DNA of 63,641 nt, counting the filler, from Jimgerdemannia flammicorona (taxonomy: Eukaryota), in assembly GCA_003990765.1 (NCBI GenBank). It is 3 parts of 3 records of this genome, joined end to end, with 100 filler letters (N's around TTAATTAATTAA, not from the genome) between each part and the next. Parts side by side here need not be neighbours in the genome. Positions count along the whole stretch, not along the records: positions 1 to 21,150 come from RBNJ01001516.1; positions 21,251 to 42,399 come from RBNJ01001517.1; 1 more part is not named here. One strand, given 5' to 3'. The notes beneath the pieces were generated by a model. That model was not told where the DNA came from, ran no database searches, and saw only the letters and a program-made list of their open reading frames with translations. Numbering within the stretch: the stretch's first letter is position 1; every line of letters begins with the position of its first letter. Of this stretch, positions 12,751 through 26,699 are shown piece by piece. The translations under genes and the position numbers were made by a program.

Positions 12751-15700
12751 AGCTTTTGATATCCTCATTGAGGTCTTCTAATTTTGGTCAAGTGTTGTTA
12801 TATTATTTGGATAGTCAAAAGTCCCGTAACATCCATTTTTTTCAGAAAGTGACATACTTATAGTATAGTTGCCTAATGTATTAGATTTATATGTTAAAGG
12901 GTCATATGTTTGATACCATGTACCAGAAATGATTCTGATATTATTTACTGCTGGAGAATTTCCTCTAAGGAATCTTCTTAAATATCTATATCTCATTTCC
13001 CACTAATAGTATAATAGGCTGGCTTTCAGTTTTGGTATTTTTCTAGAGAGTCAGTGTTCTTTTGTCTTATCTTGCTGAGTTCTTAATTTCATTTATAATA
13101 ATTATAAGGGTACTTAATGTTTGAGAGAGGTAATATATAGTATAGACTGATAGGTATAGGAGTGTTCAGGTTTCAGTTGTTTAAAGAATTATATTCTTAA
13201 ACTAAGTTAGTGACATTCTGGAGATTGGTCTTGGGTTCCCATGTTGCATTATGAATCAGATAATCTTTCCATTTGATGAGGTATTCTAGATGATTCTTAT
13301 TGCTGTATTTGTTGAGGATTTATTCAACTTCATATTCTTCTTAGTCATTAATAATGATAGATGCAGACAGTTTTGTAATTCAGTTTGGAAATAGCTTATC
13401 ATTATTTTTATTATATCACTTGAGATATTGAACATTGAAGACTGGGTGAATCTTAATAGTATCTGGTAGTGCCAATTTGTAGAAAGTTAGAAAGACTTAT
13501 GTGATGACTTTGAATAGTCCCAATGAATTTGTTATTCAGCTTTATAAATAGTCTATACTTGAGGTTATCAACTCAGTATCCTCAGATGTCTAGTAAAACG
13601 TTTTCTCTGATATCAAAAGTTTCTTCTCATTGATACTAGTTGATATACTGTAACTGTTGTTCTTAAGCTTAGGATAAATTCTTAATTGCAATCTGACTTA
13701 AATTATATATTCAGAGTAGAAATTTCTTATTTACATTGACAGTAAAGGGTTTATTGGTAGTTCTGATAAGTGTCAGAGAGGTGTTCAGGTTTTGTTCTAT
13801 ATTGGCAAAGAATGGGGTCATTCTAAGAGAGACTTGCTTAGTGTTATTATAAGTAAACTCAATTGTAGTAAGATGTTTATGCCAATTATCTTATCTATAG
13901 GAAATATAATTCCTTAGTATTTGTTCTAGAGTTTGGTTCATTCTTTCTATTTGATCATTATTTTCAGGATAAAAGGCTTAGATAGTATAAGTTTTATTCC
14001 AAGATAAATATAGAGAGCTTTTTAAAAGTGACTGGTGAATTTTGAGTCTTAGTCACTAACAATGATCTTAGGAAGACCATGGTAGTAGAAGATATTGTCA
14101 AATAAGAGTATAGCTATATCTGGTGCTATAGCCATAGTAGTAGTTGGTACAAAATAGATCTGTTTGCTGAGATAGTTTATAAAGACAACAATTATATCTT
14201 TCCTATTCTTAGTTTGGAGTAGTTATATAATAAAGTCCATAGAGACTTATTCCCAATTGGTGGATAGTACTGAGATGGGATATATGTAGTAGGCTAGGTT
14301 TTGCTAGTATTGAGAACTTGTTGCATTGGCAAGTATCACAGGAAGTGATATAGATCTTTAGTTGATCTGCTATATAGGACTAATAAAAGTTTCAGAAAAT
14401 AACTTCATAGTATTTGTCAAATCCTAAATATCTAGCTGTAGAAATATCATGACATTTGAATAAGATAGTTCTTTAGAGATCTCAATTGTTAGGAATATAC
14501 AATCTATCCTTATAGTAGATAGTATTGTCCTTTAGTTAGTATTGATAATACCAGGAGTACTTGTCAATATTATTATTGTTTAGGATTTCTCAGAGTGTTT
14601 GAGCTTCTTTATCATTAATATATACTATAATAATTTGTTCCATGAGAGAGTTGGTAACCAAGGTGGGGGTTTGGATAACTTTTTTGATTGGTGGTCTGAA
14701 AATTACATTGGCAACAATATTCTTCTTGCCAGAATGATACTGGATTTTATAGTCAAAGTTGGTGAGGACTTTTATCTATCTGGCTTACTTTTAGAAAAGA
14801 GTAGCCTGGGTCTTGATGTTAACTAATAATTTGTAGTCTGTTAAAATAGTGAAGTGTGCTTCTTTAAAATATAGTTGCCATTTAATCAGAGTGTTTATAA
14901 TAGCAAACATTTCCTTCTCATGGGTTGCATAGTTGATTTCAGCATCATTGAACTTATGAGAATAATAGACCACAGAGTGTCCTTCTTACATAAACACTGC
15001 TCTAAGAGCTAGGTTGGAAGTATTAGTAGTAACTTTGTATAGTAGAGCAGGATTTGCTACTTGAAGTACTAGAGTAGTTATCAAGGCATCCTTTAGAGCT
15101 TGAAAGGCTATATCTTATTCAGGTCCCCAATTTACAAGATTGTTAAAGTCTTTTTCTTGTTTTATGGTCCAGAGCTGTTCTTCTCTCTTACTATACTTGA
15201 TCATTTGGGTAAGAGCAGTAGTGATCTTGACAAATTTAACAACAAATCACTAGTAATAGCTTACTAGTCCTAGGAATGACTGGAGGTCCTTCAACTTCTT
15301 AGGTCTGAGTTATTTCTTGATTTCAGAGATTTTGCTGAGGTCTACTTTGATTCCATTAGGAGTGATAATGTGTTCAAGAAATTGAATTTCCTTTAGAAGA
15401 AATTTAAATTTACTAAGTTTTGCAAAAAGCCAGTTTTTTCAAAGCTTCAATAGTACTAGTTCAAGATGTTCAAGATATTCCTCCAGGGTTTTGCTGAAGA
15501 CTAGAATGTCATCAATGTAGACAATAATAAATTTATCTAGATATAAGTGTAGGATAGTATTCATCAGTGTCTGGAAGGTTATAGGAGTATTAGTTAAGTC
15601 AAAGGGCATAACCAAGAACTCAAAATATCTATAGCAAGTTCAGAAGGCAGTTTTGTAGATATCTTCTTTCTTCATAGTAATTTGCCAATAATCATTTCAC

Positions 15701-17714
15701 AGATCAAAAGAGCTTATGAATTGTAGGTTGATAAGCCTATTAATATTTCATTTATTTAGGGTAGTGGATAATAGTTCTTGATAGTTTATTCATTGAGATC
15801 TTGATAGTCAATACACATTTGTAGGTCTCCTTCTTTCTTAATAACAAAAAGAACTAGTACACTATATGGTAATATACTAGGTCTAATGAATTCTTATTTA
15901 TTAATTTCTTTTAATTTCTCTTAGAGATATATGGTAGATTGACTTGAAGACAGGCTTAGTATCTAAGATAGTCTTGATGGTATAGTCTACTACTTATTTA
16001 GATGATAGGCCTTTTGAGAGTTTCTTTAGGAATATGTCTCAGAATTTCTAGAGTAATGGTCTGATATGGCTGTTAACTTTGGAAAAGTCTTCTTTGAGGT
16101 TCTTGAGTTCTCCTTTGGATGAATAGATAGAGATAGCAAAGAGAGCATATTTCTTGACTAGTTTCTTGAGTTATAGCTTGTTAATGTGGGTAATCTTTAG
16201 TCTAGAGTTACTAGAACTAAGTGGGTCTTTTTTATCTTATAGTTTGAAATTGTGGCATCTCTTCTTAATGGTCAGAGAATGGTTTATCCAATCAATTATG
16301 AGGTTCTCTTGTTTTAACCATAGGGTCTCAAGGATGATTTCATTGTCAGAAAGTAGTATGATCTGAAGTGTAATATATACTCAGTAGTCACTAATTCAGA
16401 AGAGTAGATTGTAGACTTCCTTGCTAATAATATATGAAGTTCTATCAGCTATGGCAACTACTTGAGTCTGTTGTACCAGAGAGATCAGGACCTTGAGTCT
16501 GTTGGCTGTTTCTTTATTAATGAAGTTATCTGAGACACTACTGTCTATTATAATCTTAACAGGTGCTCAGTTGACAAAATCTTGGAGTGTAAGCAGTTTG
16601 TCTGATCTAATGGTGGTGATTTTGGTTATAAGAGCTTTTCTTCTATTAATTCTCCTTTGGGCCATTTTATTGATACAAGAGAAGCAATTATCAATTATTC
16701 AGAAAGAGTACATTCTAATACTATGGAGGCATTAGCCACTTAGTACAAATCTATTTTCAATTTTCTTATAGAATTGTTCTTTCTTATTTATAGTAGGTAG
16801 GGCTGAGGCCTTATTTGATAAGCCAAAGCCTTTAGATCCTCAAATGGTGGGCAGTAGTTCAGAGACTTCCTTGACTGTCAGAGTTGATTCAATTTTCTTG
16901 AATAGGATCTTGATGATATAGAAACCAATGGGGATCTTGAATGGTGTCCAGCTATAGTTTCAGATGAGAATAATGATTTTGTCTGAATAATCTTCATCAA
17001 TAATTCTTTCTTCTACTGAGAGTTCTTTTAATACTAGGCTGCCACAACAGTATATTCTTCCAATATGTTCTTTAGAAATTTGAATACTAATCTCTGTATA
17101 GACTTGCTTGACTTCTCAGTTGGAAACTGTAGCTTCTTTAGCTATATATAGATCATATCCAGCTACTTTTTAACTTCCTTTGGTTGGAGCCTTGGCAGTT
17201 GGCCTTAACTTGACAAAAGTTTAGTATTTTGGTAGTCAGACTGTTGAGGTAATACAGAGTAGTGACAGTTATATATATTACTGTTCAGGGTTTTCAGTTG
17301 GGGCAGACACTGGTCATATATCCTGTCTTTTAGCAATAAAAGTATACTCTACTTCTTCAAAGTTCATTTCTTTCTCCTTCAGTGAGTTTCTTAAAGGTAC
17401 TTGGCTGGGTGGATTCAGAATTTCAGAGTGTCCAAGAGATGGATATGGAGGGAGCTCAGGATGCTTCATGCTTGGGTTCTTCTTTCTTGGTCCAAGTTTT
17501 TTCTTTATTATTGAATTGTCTTTGAAGCAGAATTGGTCCAGCTATTAGAATTTACTTGACCATAGTCTTGATTCTTGTCAGGTACTACTGTTGGTGATCA
17601 CAACCAACTAGGCATTCTTGTTCTTGGATTTTTCTTATAAGCTATTCAGATAGGGTATCAAATAAATAGTCTACTCTTATACTATTTTGTGCTTCATCAT
17701 TGGCAATATATCTT

Positions 17715-19470
17715 ATACTGGGTCTGGGGGCTAATTCTCTAGATACTGTTCAATGTCCTATACATTCTCTCTACCTTTCTCCTCACTCCACAATTGTCCC
17801 TACTAGGAACTCAACTGGTACAAGATCTCAAGAGTTCCACCACTATCTCATCTGCCTCATTTAATACTTCTTCTTACTACTATCTCACCCTTCTTATCTG
17901 AAGTAGTCTTGACAAGAACTTCATAGGCCTCTCTCTCTCTTTCAAGCTCTACCACTGCAGTCAAACTATCATACTCTTTATCTGTAATTCTTTCTCCTGT
18001 CTTAGCAGCCCCTTCAGTTCTTCCACCTCTAGCTAGACTCACTGAACTCTCTAATCTTCTTCCTCTCTGTTATTCAGAAAAATAACCCACTTCTCTAATA
18101 ACTACTCCAACCTCTGGAAAGTCTACCTTAAATGACTTCTTCTCTGAGCACTTCTCTCTCTCCCTATCTCCCCTCAGAACTATTGAGTATCTGATTTCAA
18201 ATGTCATCAATAATTCCCAATCTCCAGCCCCTGAGCCCTCTAGCTAATGATTCTGGAGCTAATGTCTACCACCCATATATCCCACAAGAAGAGCTCTCTC
18301 AGTAATAAAGTATTTAGGTACCAATATCCAGACTCCTCTCTAATTTCCCCAAATCTTCCACAACCTAGCAGTCTCTAGTAAACTGACCATAGGTACAAAA
18401 CTGACTCTAGAGAGCTCCAGATATCTGCTCCCCAGTATTCAGCAGTCAAGATCCAGTCAATTCTCAAACCCAGCCCTGCTACTCAATAAGTATAGACTCT
18501 GTAGTTCCCTTACTCAAGATACCCAGTATCTATCAATAAGCTCAGACTTTCAATCTCCTCTCAATCTTTCATACCTCCACTTCTATCAACCATCTCCCTC
18601 TCTCTATCAGTTCTATCCAACTGCCCATCCCATATTATGTTAAAGTCTCTATTCAGACAGTCAATCCCCTCTGCTACTATAGTACTCATATCTCATAGTT
18701 CTCTTATCCACTCTATATGCTCCCTCCTTTTTGCTGAGCAATAATAGAATCTAATAGTTAAGAGGCTCTAGCTTGGTCTTCTCCATACTCCCTATATCAC
18801 CCTAGCCCCCTAATGTCTAATGTCTCCAATATCTCCCTTACCCTTCTGAATCAGAATGTCCACCCAACTCTACTATATAGCCACACCCCCCCATTCTCTC
18901 ATTTAGTCTAATATATCTAAGTCCTTATCATATCTTATATCCTATAGTAAGAACAGATCTGTATCCAGTCTCTTTAACTAACTGAAAATATTCTGATACC
19001 TCATTATATCTAGCAATTCATTGATATTCAAAGAGAAGATTCTAGTTGTACTATTCATTTTGAATAATGTTTAGAGAAAAGTCACCTATTCTATAGTTCT
19101 ATACTCACCATATTGCCAGTAACATTCAGGTTCCTTTCTGTCTCAAGCTCATCTGTCTCTCTCTGCTGAGTATCTAGTACTTCTAAGATCTCCTAATAGT
19201 TCTTATTATCTACTGCTTTTATGTTAGACTAGTACTTCTCACACACTATCTGCCACTTCACCATCCCCTTCCTAGGGTCCTACAGATAGACTGCATGGTC
19301 ATTCACAATTGCTAAAAGCACTGCCTCTTTGTTGTCATTTATCTCATACTCCTTTATCTCTAATAGACCTACTATCAACTCATCTCAAAGCTTCTGTATC
19401 ACCTCTTCTCCTTACAGGATATCACTCAGTGCCTCTTACTAATTATATAAAAATTCACCTCATCTAACTT
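17715..19470 (-). mobile_element. LINE fragment (ORF1 C-terminus, ORF2 endonuclease and linker)
   Basis: Reverse complement collinear with ~44250-45990; MNSTTRIFSLNINE start at ~19058. Confidence 0.85.
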
Positions 19471-19601
19471 ATCTATTACAATATTCATCAGCTGACTCTT
19501 CTTGATATATCTCATATTATACAAATATATATCACCTACTTTTACACTATTCTTTGAAGAAATGTCTTAAGAATATATCCTTGAATCAAAGTTCTATAAA
19601 G

Positions 19602-21023
19602 TGTACTTAGCAGAGTGATCCTAATATATTTGGCTGACAGCATATAGAGAGCGGTCAGAGAGCAGAGTTGGGGATATTGAGTACTTTGTCAGGAGGAAGG
19701 AGAGTTGGTGGTAGTGAAGGAGGAGATATAGTGCAGTCAGAAGAGAAGTGAATGAGCTTTACTGAGAAGGTCAAGCAGGGGGGTCAGATAGTTGGACTGG
19801 ATGGATAGCTGCAGGATAGTAAGGGAAAGACTGCTGCTGGAGGGTCAGGAGGGGCTCCCTTGGAGGTATTGAGTAAAAGGACTGGTAGAGTAGTGGCTGA
19901 GGGTGTGACTGCTGATAGAGTGGTAACTGGAAATTTGAAAAAAAATCCAGATGTGACTACTGATAGTGGGGCTGAGAAGATGGGGCCCAGGTAGAAGAAG
20001 AATCTGGTAGATAGTATAATGGACCTAGCAGTGGCCCCATTGCTCAAGAAGTCAATCTTAGAGTTAATAGTTACTTTATACTTCTAGGGCTTAGTAGTGA
20101 TAGCAAAAATAATCTTGGGGCTAATTACTAAGCAGATAAAGGGTATGATATCTATGAAGTTTCTAAGGGGTTTAGAAGGAGTAGAGGTGAGCTTTGAGGA
20201 AGCTAGGCTATTGGAGGATATATTGAAGGCTGGACTGACTGTTAGAGAGATATATATTCTGATAGCATACTGCTTGAGGTGGGATCTCAGGGTGATACAA
20301 CTACTAGTAAAAGAAGTATCTATGGTGACTACTATAGAGATAAGGAGGAGAGTTGAGAAAGTAATAGCCAAGTATAGAGAAGTAGTCATTGTAGGGTTTC
20401 AGGTCTAGAAAGAGACCTCATTCAAAATAGGGAATATTGACATCTAGATTCAGCCAGCTGAAAGGAAGGCTATAGGAAAGGCTCATGATTGGCCATTAGT
20501 GATAGTGTAGAGGGCCTATATGTGTAAGATGATGAGAGTAAAGGGGAGTGAAGAGGAGGAGGAGGATTTGTTAGAGGTATTGGAGAAACTGAGTGGTACA
20601 GTAGAGAGGAGGACAAAGACTTGGAAGACATATATAGAGGTGAGACATTTGGAGGTAGTAGATGGGAAGTAGGTCCACATTGATAAGGGGCTATGGAAGA
20701 GATCTCAAGGATACAAAAGGTAAAGAGAGCTGCTAGCAAACCTGGAGGAAATGGCAAAGAGAGATGCTGGTAGAATTGAGGACACTTGGAGAGCCAAAGT
20801 GAGGGTCTGGGCCAGTAAAGATAGAGGAAATATGGAAGAGAGTCTGGAAGTGACCAAGAAGGTGCCTAGTAAAGACCTATATATAGATAGTATATTTGAG
20901 ATCTAGGAGGATATCCCTTCTTTTATCAGATGGGGTCCAGCCTCAAGAGGCTGGGTAGCAGAGAATATGCTTATGTAAGGTACCTAGTGAGTATATTTTA
21001 GAGTTCCTGAGGTGACAAAAGAG
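19602..21023 (+). mobile_element. LINE ORF1 fragment, ending at a hAT terminus
   Basis: Homologous to ~48915-50335 (KKNPDVT, LLKKSI motifs). Confidence 0.85.
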
Positions 21024-21150
21024 TAGTGCATCGCAACCCGAGCCGACCCGTGTACATATTTAACCCGACCCGGAATTATACGTCACCCGTCTTTAACCCG
21101 ACCCGGAATTATACGTCACCCGTCTTTAACCCGACCCGGAATAATACGTC
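21024..21150. mobile_element. Young hAT transposon end with 33-bp subterminal repeats, running into the gap
   Basis: TAGTGCATCGCAACCCG terminus followed by aacccgacccggaattatacgtcacccgtcttt units, the same unit as 58915-59135; CpG intact. Confidence 0.75.
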
Positions 21151-21250
21151 NNNNNNNNNNNNNNNNNNNNNNNNNNNNNNNNNNNNNNNNNNNNTTAATT
21201 AATTAANNNNNNNNNNNNNNNNNNNNNNNNNNNNNNNNNNNNNNNNNNNN
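21151..21250. other. Assembly gap linker
   Basis: N44-TTAATTAATTAA-N44. Confidence 0.98.
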
Positions 21251-23161
21251 AAAAAAAAAAAAGAAACAAGTTGCTTCAGCCAACTGAAGAAAAAAAGGAT
21301 GTATACTATAGCAAACTCCAGCATACACTGGATCATTGCAAATATTGAGTTCCAATGCATACAGATGTCCAATATAAGCTCTTTTGGGGTTAAACTGATT
21401 GCCCTATACTGCATAGTGAATTTGTCTTGTCATTGTGGGGATGATCAGACTGACACAACCAGTTTGTATAGCTTGGAAATTATACTCAGGGCCCCTTCTC
21501 TCTCAGATGTTTTGTCTACATATGTAAGATAGTCCTAAATAGTGAGGTTCAGTACATGGGCCTGACATTACACACAGCAGCTTTCTGTACTAAAGGCCAT
21601 ATTTTCCTATTTGAGGCTAACTGCTAAAACTTGGCATTTTCTATCATAATGGCCAAAATCTGTACTTGAAATATTCAGTGAGTGAATTTATGCAAAAATA
21701 AATAACCAATAAAATCTGGTTTGTTTTAGGACCTCTCTCAAAATGCTGACCTGATGGTAAGTCCTCCTTTTTTACCTTAGTTGTGATCTCAAGCTCCTGG
21801 ATATAACTAATAAAAGCATCTGCAATGTTGTCTCCAGAATGAGGGCCAGCAAGTTTGATGAAGTCAAGGATAAGAGATTTAAACTGCCAATTGAGGTCAA
21901 TTCAATGACCAGTAATGCCCAGAAATGAAATTGATTGAGAGATGTCCATGTGTTGATTGTAAATGAAATTTTGCCTGCCAAATTCTGCTTATTGAATGTG
22001 AGGTTAAATTGGTGAGCTCTTTTATATAATTCTGCTTGCAAAGGTCACAGTACTGCCCTTATTTTACTTGAAGTATCTGGTAGAGATTGTTGTGCTCCTT
22101 CCTATAGGCCTCCAGGACATCTTTGTGAATAGTATTAGCACTTGCAAATATAAATCATGCTTGAGGAGGCCAAAGATGCTATGTAATTGATCACTCTTGA
22201 TGATTGTGAATGGCTGGTCTGTGCACACAATCCAGTAAATGAGCCAATTTCGAAATTCTGTCAAAGAGTATGGCTAAATATTTTTGATTAAAGGCATTAT
22301 TGGTATAGAAATAGTCAGGCAATTGGACAAATATACCCACTACAGCTTGGATGTTAATTTTATTTGTCTCCATGTTCTTTTTGATTTTGTCAGAGTGCTT
22401 GTCTTTTATGTATTGATACATGTTCGAAGTTATACCACCAAGCATTTTGAACTTCTGGCTAGTGCAGTTTATGGAAGTAGATGAAACAATATCATATGTG
22501 TGTCAAAACAAAAAGTATCAATAGGTGTGTCTTAATTTTTTACCTGCAATAATTACAAACAACATCATCTCCTATCTTAGCACAATATTGCCAGATTTCA
22601 GAGTGAGGATTGTATGGAAGGTGTGGAACTATCAGGGATATTTGACTTAAAGTATCATCAGTACTGTGAACTGTTGAAGACTGATCTGTCAACATGTATA
22701 TTTACATGTTTGGATGTACATATATATGTGTGTATGTATATTGTATATACATATATATGTATGTGTATTATATATATATATATGTATATTGTATTGTGGA
22801 CACATTCAGCATATGAGTCATGTGGAGGATTTGGATTGGAGGATTCAGTTGAAGGATTTGGATGAGGATTCAGATTGAAGGATTCAAATTAGAGAATTTG
22901 AATTGGAGGATTTCAATTGGAGGATTCAGATTGAGTGATTCAGATTGAGTGATTCAGATTGAGTGATTCAGATTGAGTGATTTGGATTGATTGATTTGGA
23001 TTGGAGTGGTTCAGATGAGTGATTCAGATAGGGCAATTCAGATAGAGCAATTCAGATTAATCTGAGCTGATTTGGATGGCTTTGAATTTGAGATTTGGAT
23101 CAAACTGTCATGTGATGAATCGAATCTGGATTTGATTCGAATTGACTTATTTGGAGCACTA
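21251..23161 (-). mobile_element. hAT transposon 5' half (BED finger, N-terminal transposase), decayed
   Basis: Terminus TAGTGCTCCAAAT (minus, 23161); WIVCTDQPFTIIKS, ISFTINTWTS, ILDICMHWNS motifs; intron-like interruptions. Confidence 0.85.
22825..23060. repeat. 14-bp subterminal tandem repeat (GAGTGATTCAGATT) of the hAT
   Basis: About 15 imperfect units. Confidence 0.85.
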
Positions 23162-24006
23162 CTATTAGAGAGATTTATAGCTTTATATAGTGCTATTTAT
23201 AGTACTGTAGTCAATAGTTATTTTTTTGATAGTTGCTTTTTTGATAATTGTCTTTTTAGCAGTTGAATATTACTATTATCTAGATTTGTTATAGGTTGTT
23301 TAACTAGTATTGATAGTGATTGTTGTGCTGCTTGTACTGCTTATACTAGATATTATTACTTTTTCAGTAGTTGTTCTTTTGAAGAGAATTTCTTATTGCT
23401 GGAGTTTTGCTATCTTAAATTTCAATTATTCCAGACTTAAGATATACTGGTGGTTACCAATATATTTCTATTAGCTATTACATTTATACTGTTTTTTCAG
23501 ATTGCACTAGATATTATTGTCCTAGAGATATTGCTATTAGAGCTATTGATGGTTATTATTGCTGTTTATACTGAATGTTACACTGATTGTTGTCCTATTT
23601 AATCAGTATTGATTATATTATTAGTGTAATTGCTAGTTATTACTAGATATGTCTAAGTTGTTTATACCAGGTATAGATATTGCTTGATATAGTTGTCAAG
23701 TTAGCTGAATTGATAGTAGAACTACTTATATAACTAGTGGTAGAATAGGTACTAGTTGTTTATGTAAATGTCACTTATATGATAAATATATCATTATCAG
23801 CATAGTTTATATGGCTGCCACTATAGTTTCCTTTCTATATTATTGTTATTCTTTTTATAGTATTCCTACTTATAGAGTCCATATATCTTATAATAATTAT
23901 AGTTATCTTCAAATGATTAGTTATATATTCTATACTGGGCTTGGGTTTATCTGTATTATTGTTATTTGTCATTTACCTCATCCAGGCTTATTGGTCTCTT
24001 CCTGAC
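23162..24006 (-). mobile_element. Copia remnant (gag knuckle to pre-integrase); continuation of 32406-33116
   Basis: Minus translation IYTWYKQLRHI (WHxRLGH-like) and a decayed CCHC-spaced segment. Confidence 0.55.
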
Positions 24007-26086
24007 CTTGTTCAAGCCCACAGGTCAATGGATACAGGAATGTCTTAGATACTTAAGTCTTTGGCACCATATACCTTATCTCTATTTTGAGCTATATAGT
24101 GAGCATACATTTCCTTTTTTGGTCTTTTTTACTTAATGCTATCTAATTTAGTGCTCTATATACTATATGCTACTCTTCATGCCAAAATATATATTTATAT
24201 TTACTTTCATATATATTTGTACTCACTTTTTCTAATTATATCATATTTACTATATACTCTACTTTAATGGTACTCACTGTCAACTCCTGCTCTATATACT
24301 GATATGACCCCTCTAATATATCCAAAGGGCAACATGACCTCAGTTCTGCATCCTGTCCATTTTACTACAATATCTCTTTTATCAAACATATGCTCCACTT
24401 TTTGCAAGATAACTCTAATAATAATGATAATCCTGATATTGGTGCTCTGATTTTATATCTTAAAAATCTGCTTGAAGAAGCAACTTCTGCGTCTCCCCAA
24501 TACTCTTTGTGGCTCTCCACATAATGTCCAAGACCCCTGTTTGAGTGCAGTCTCCTACTCTAGGGCAGTCTATATCAGCAGCTCTGCTACTCCCTTCTAT
24601 TAGTTCCATTGAGGCCAGCATCATTGCACTGCAAAAACATACTTCTGCCCAGAACTGCCACATAAACAAGCTGCTCCACCTACTCCATATACATCTGGCT
24701 ATAACTATTTTTAATACCCCAGCCTTGACCCCAATAATTAAGATCTATCTTCCAGTAATCCTACAATCCCTGTTATGAATCAATCATTCATAGATCATGA
24801 CACCATATCTCTATCAGTGGCTACTACCTCTGTACCTTCTCTTTCAACAGTGATTCCTGCCTCTGTCTCCCCTGGCTCTTATGACCCACTTGGTAATCCA
24901 CAGAGTAAGTTTTTTCCTCTATCTACTGTCTCTATTACTGCCACCTCTCATACTATTATTTACAGTATCAATCTCTTTCTCAAGTATACTCATATCAACC
25001 AATACTTCTTAGCAGTGGTCATTGACAACTCCTTCTCCACCACTTCTCTTGTCTGATTTCTGAAGTATAATATCACATCTTCTGGCTCCTCTCCTGAGGC
25101 TCAATTTATTGAAACAATTGATGACTCCAGTATAAGGGTCATTCTGCAGAGACCTCTGTCTATTATTAAGAATCTCCTGGACATCCTAGCATTTCTCACT
25201 GTATTTCTCAGTTATTTCAGTATCCTCCAGAATGCTTATCCTAGGCTTACCAAATCTACTCTATTCTTTATATATGCTACTAACTTCATTCTACTCTCCA
25301 CATCATCCTCCTGGTCAATACTTCTTGACTATTACATCTTCTTTCATACTAAGCACTTAGCAGAGATTGTAAATATTAACATCTCTCCAACCTGGTATCA
25401 CTTATGGGCTTGCCACAACCCCAATTTATTTATGATGCTTAGTATATACTAATGTCTCTAAATACTGGTTACAGCTCCCAAGCCATTTAGGCTTCATGGT
25501 TCTCTATAGCCTTCTTATCTTGCCAAAGGCTTGACCTCATATACAGGGGATAGTATAGTAAACTGTCCCATATACTATACCTACAATGATATTACTAGTG
25601 ACAGATTTTCTGTAAAGAATTTTGACTGTTGGTAGAAGAACTGTTCCTATGCTCATATCTGTATACAGTGTAGCAAAGATCATTCATGATCTCACTGTTT
25701 ATATAATCTGCTTTTTTAGTCCTAGGAATTTGTCTCCACCCCACTCACCTGTATTCCTTCACCCACTCTGCTCACCTGCATTCCTCTATCCACCCCACCT
25801 ACCTGTGATCCTCTACCCACCCCCAATATATTTCTCTAATGACCAATCATACTTCTATCTGATGACACTACTCAGGCTATTCTATAGAGATTTTCACCAT
25901 TACCTACTACTTTCTACTCTACTATATTGACATACAAACTCCAACATTATCCCAATCAGTCTATCTCTCAGTCTGCCATCACTGCTATCACTCAAGGCAT
26001 ACTTAGTTTTGATGACCCTTGACACCACCTCTTAGCTCACAACCACTGTTTGGCTCTAGACCATCCAGATATCATTGCCTCTGATA

Positions 26087-26588
26087 GAGGAGGAAGAAGG
26101 CCCAGCGGGAGCCAAGGGAGTGAACCCAGAGCCAGTGTCAAAGTGAACGGAAGATATGTGAAAAGGCATGTATAAGGGGGATGAATAAAGAATGTAACCA
26201 AAAATGCATCAGCCATTTATTGCCACATAAAAACACAGTCCTTATATACAAAATATGACATTCCAAAAGAGAGGATGTGCCACAACTTGGGGCAAACTGA
26301 ATTAGGAACCACATGACCGCTGGAGATAGGTAGAGATAAAGGGGGAGCCAATCCCAGTTGCAGGATAAAAATCACAAACAATCACAAACAAAACAAATCC
26401 AAATTGAGATTAAAAAACATCTGCAGACCCCAGAGGGGTGAGCACGAGTGAGGGGTGAGGCCGAAACAGAGCAAGCTACAGCGAGCCCAAGCAAAGTGAG
26501 GGGCCGAAGGCAGCGGAGGGGAGCGGAGTAAGGCCGAGACCCCAGAGTGAGTGTGAGACTCTGGAGGGGGCAAGGATGTTTTTTAATC
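26087..26588 (-). repeat. 3' pseudo-LTR of the PLE
   Basis: ~500-bp direct repeat of 29741-30240, differing mostly by transitions. Confidence 0.93.
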
Positions 26589-26699
26589 CTCTCCAGCAGA
26601 GCCAGAGGTATCAGAAGGTGACAAAAACACAAAATGAGAGTGATGGATAAAAGAAGAAACAGAAGGAAGATGTGAATGAGCAATCAGAGGGCATTGAGA

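Larger units (their letters stand above)
10718..17714 (-). mobile_element. Ty3/gypsy chromovirus: partial gag, PR, RT, RNase H, integrase, chromodomain, PPT, 3' LTR; 5'-truncated, decayed
   Basis: Zn-knuckle remnant YFYC*KTGYMTSVCP (~17300-17350), protease IIDSSVSDNF (~16540), YIDDI (~15510), EINYATHEKEMFAI, chromodomain EEYEVE...YLIKWKDY...TWEP (~13230-13340). Confidence 0.93.

Noticed and set aside
21151..21250. TTAATTAATTAA palindrome within Ns (also 42400-42499)
   Set aside because: Identical artificial linker with stops in all six frames; adjacency across it is unproven
21024..23161. One hAT spanning the gap
   Set aside because: The two ends have different termini and subterminal repeats and are separated by a linker
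26440..26480. GCCGAAAC as a hammerhead ribozyme core
   Set aside because: No upstream CTGANGA, and it is on the antisense strand
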